Part shown: piece after piece, positions 58,343 through 60,370 of the stretch
How the letters are laid out: every line of letters begins with the position of its first letter
Position numbering within the stretch: the first letter of the stretch is position 1
Origin: Methanomassiliicoccaceae archaeon
GTDB lineage: Archaea; Thermoplasmatota; Thermoplasmata; Methanomassiliicoccales; UBA472
Assembly: GCA_003135935.1 (NCBI GenBank)
Contig: PNBI01000101.1
Coordinates: 1 to 60,370, forward strand
Length of the DNA stretch: 60,370 bases
Direction of reading: 5' to 3'
Notes under the pieces: model-generated
Databases searched by the model: none
Told to the model about the DNA's origin: nothing
The model's input: the letters and a program-made list of their open reading frames with translations, nothing else
Made by a program: the position numbers and the translations under genes

Positions 58343-59422
58343 ATGCTTCGCTGCATCAAGTGCGGAACGGAGTACACTAATTTCCGGTATCGGTGCAGCC
58401 GATGCTCAAACGTGCTGATCTATCATAATGAAGGAATGAAATGGCAGCCCTCGGGCATTGGCGTCTGGCGCTATCAGTCGATGCTGCCGGTAAAGAAGAG
58501 GGTATCGATGTCGGAAGGCGGTACGCCATTGATCCGTCGCAGGGACGTCAAGGAACATGTATACCTCAAGTTGGAAGGTGACAATCCAACCGGTTCGTTC
58601 AAGGACCGGGGGACGACGGTCGCCATCTCCGATGCCATTGCCAAAGGCTACCGGACCGTTTCAGTGGCTTCGACTGGCAATATGGGTGCAAGCGTCGCAG
58701 CCTATTGCGCCTATGCTAACCTCGAAGCCAGGGTCTTCATCCCTCAAGACGTTCCTCGGGAGAAGATCTCCCAGATAGAAGCTTATGGCGCTAATCTGAT
58801 CCGGGTGGATGGTCCATTCAGCAAGGCGGTAGAACGGTCGATCGAGGAAATGGAGAGAGACCACAATCACGTCTATCTCGCATCCACTGGCCTCAATCCT
58901 CTATTCCTTGAAGGCCTAAAGACCGTTGGATTCGAAATATTCGAGTCGATCGGGGTGCCAGATCGAATAGTTGTACCTTCTGGGACCGGGGGCATGCTGA
59001 CCTCCATTTTCAAAGCATTCGAGGAATTGAAATCGCTAGGCATAGTGAACAAGCTGCCCCGAATGGTAGCGGTGCAGGCAGAGGACTGCTCTCCAATAGT
59101 CAATGCCTGGCGGACAGGGGGAGAGGTCATCCCCCAGGAACAATGCCGGACCGTGGCTTCTGCGATAATGGTGAAGGTCCCGTTCAACGCTTACTCGGCC
59201 CTGGATGCCATAAGGCGATCGGGGGGCGAGGCCATTTCTGTGACCGATGAGGCGATAATCGGTGCGAGCAAGGTTCTCGGGAAGGAAGGCGTGTTCGCAG
59301 AACCAGCTTCCGCAGCTGCCGCGGCAGCGATGCAATCTATGAAGACAGAGAAGGACGAAAAGGTCGTCCTAATGATAACAGGATCGGGGCTAAAAGACCC
59401 AAATGCCCAATTCAGGGATTAG
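58343..59422 (+). CDS. thrC: threonine synthase
   Basis: N-terminal CxxC..CxxC, EGGTPL, NPTGSFKDRG, ASTGNMGAS, EGLKT, EPASA, TGSGLKDP. Confidence 0.92.
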   Translation: MLRCIKCGTEYTNFRYRCSRCSNVLIYHNEGMKWQPSGIGVWRYQSMLPVKKRVSMSEGGTPLIRRRDVKEHVYLKLEGDNPTGSFKDRGTTVAISDAIAKGYRTVSVASTGNMGASVAAYCAYANLEARVFIPQDVPREKISQIEAYGANLIRVDGPFSKAVERSIEEMERDHNHVYLASTGLNPLFLEGLKTVGFEIFESIGVPDRIVVPSGTGGMLTSIFKAFEELKSLGIVNKLPRMVAVQAEDCSPIVNAWRTGGEVIPQEQCRTVASAIMVKVPFNAYSALDAIRRSGGEAISVTDEAIIGASKVLGKEGVFAEPASAAAAAAMQSMKTEKDEKVVLMITGSGLKDPNAQFRD

Positions 59423-60370
59423 GGTTCGTCTCAAGCTTGCCTTGCTCCTGGGGCGGCTCGAATGCTTTTGCTCCCTTCAACATCATTTTTCTGACTGTTG
59501 GATTCAAGAGGTTCGAGAAGACGACCCTCCTTGCCGTTTTGTTCTTGGCAAGTATCCACAAGATGTCTGCGATCCCGTCCTTGCTCCACCACCCTTTGAG
59601 CCAATCGGCATAAGCCTCACTCACGAAAGCCTCCAGCTCGTCCTTTCCGAAGCCATCCTTACTGTATTCGTAGATACGATGATTCCTTTTCCAGTCGTCC
59701 TTTCCGACCAGGTTGTTCTTTTCGAGGTCCTCCCAGATGCTTGTCCCAATAAGGCAGTCCAGAACATTCACCTGTACTGCGTGGGGACGGGAGGAGCGGA
59801 TGAAGTCAAGAGTCCGTTGGACGGCTTCCTTGGTCTCCACCGGTGCCCCGATGATGTAAGATGTCACGACAAGCATGCCAGCCTTCTTGGCGTTGGCCAC
59901 AGCCAATCTGGTCTTCTGCGGATTGATGTGCTTCTTGTAATACTCGAGGACTTTGTCATCCGCGCTCTCGGCCCCGAAGTAAATGACGTTGATACCAGCC
60001 CGCTTCATCTTTCTCATGAGCTCATAGCTTGCTCCATCGACTCTGCCCTCGCAATAGAATTGCATATCGATCTTGCGCTCGATAATGAGGTCGCAGATTT
60101 GCTCAGTTCGTTTCGGATTATGGGTAAAATTATCGTCCACAATCACGCAATTCTTATACCCCTGGCCATGAACGGTTTCCAACTCCTCAACAACGCTCTC
60201 GGCGGATCGCGGTCTCCATTTCCTCAGGGAGAAGGCTGCACACGAGCAATAGGTGCAACGGAACGGGCAACCCCTGGAGGTGGAAAGCGTCGTGAACTTG
60301 CCGAAGGTGAGCGGGATGCCTTGGAAAGAGTATCCGTAATCGATGCCAGACACCATATTCCGGTCAGGGA
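59412..60370 (-). CDS. radical SAM protein, probably B12-binding class (5' end outside window)
   Basis: SRGCPFRCTYC, DDNFT, FGAES, IIGAP.ET; frame stays open to the window edge. Confidence 0.88.
   Translation of the reverse strand, partial: PDRNMVSGIDYGYSFQGIPLTFGKFTTLSTSRGCPFRCTYCSCAAFSLRKWRPRSAESVVEELETVHGQGYKNCVIVDDNFTHNPKRTEQICDLIIERKIDMQFYCEGRVDGASYELMRKMKRAGINVIYFGAESADDKVLEYYKKHINPQKTRLAVANAKKAGMLVVTSYIIGAPVETKEAVQRTLDFIRSSRPHAVQVNVLDCLIGTSIWEDLEKNNLVGKDDWKRNHRIYEYSKDGFGKDELEAFVSEAYADWLKGWWSKDGIADILWILAKNKTARRVVFSNLLNPTVRKMMLKGAKAFEPPQEQGKLETNPNP

Noticed and set aside
1..60370. Mobile elements, prophage, rRNA or tRNA genes
   Set aside because: No transposase, integrase, terminal repeats, viral hallmark genes or RNA-gene signatures seen; short MITEs or ncRNAs could be missed without computation.

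Overview
Gene-dense 60 kb chromosomal segment, most likely from an archaeon. Thermoplasmatota/Methanomassiliicoccales-like affinity is inferred from an archaeal-type pilin leader, FUN14 and CxxC-x17-CxxC proteins, an LRR+FN3 surface protein, GAGGTGA Shine-Dalgarno sites and oligo-T terminators; no methanogenesis marker is in the window. About 65 protein genes are supported, mostly accessory, redox, transport and envelope genes: mgtA, cls, thrC, citrate synthase, two ABC-2 exporters, an MFS transporter, an ABC-F, several SDRs, and a DsrH-DsrE-DsrF-TusA sulfur-relay operon. I found no rRNA, tRNA, CRISPR array, transposase or integrase. Best candidate for an undescribed system: a translationally coupled, GC-richer four-gene operon (12087-17996) encoding a pyruvyl-transferase-family protein, a carrier-less fatty-acyl reductase/acyl-CoA synthetase fusion, a V4R/ATC-hydrolase-like Cys protein and a GMC oxidoreductase. 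Other candidates: a stand-alone CHAT/caspase-like protease with an unknown partner, an ApeA-like HEPN protein near an HD-GYP-like hydrolase, a tandem-PH-like plus double-zinc-ribbon cluster, and a nucleotidyltransferase-kinase fusion. Finer observations: duplicated hydrophilin-like microgenes with conserved upstream DNA, a probable CTG start for tusA, a frameshifted cutA, a decayed TM/zinc-ribbon gene, small ORFs missing from the track, and frequent TAG stops. All family assignments come from motif recognition by eye, not from database searches.
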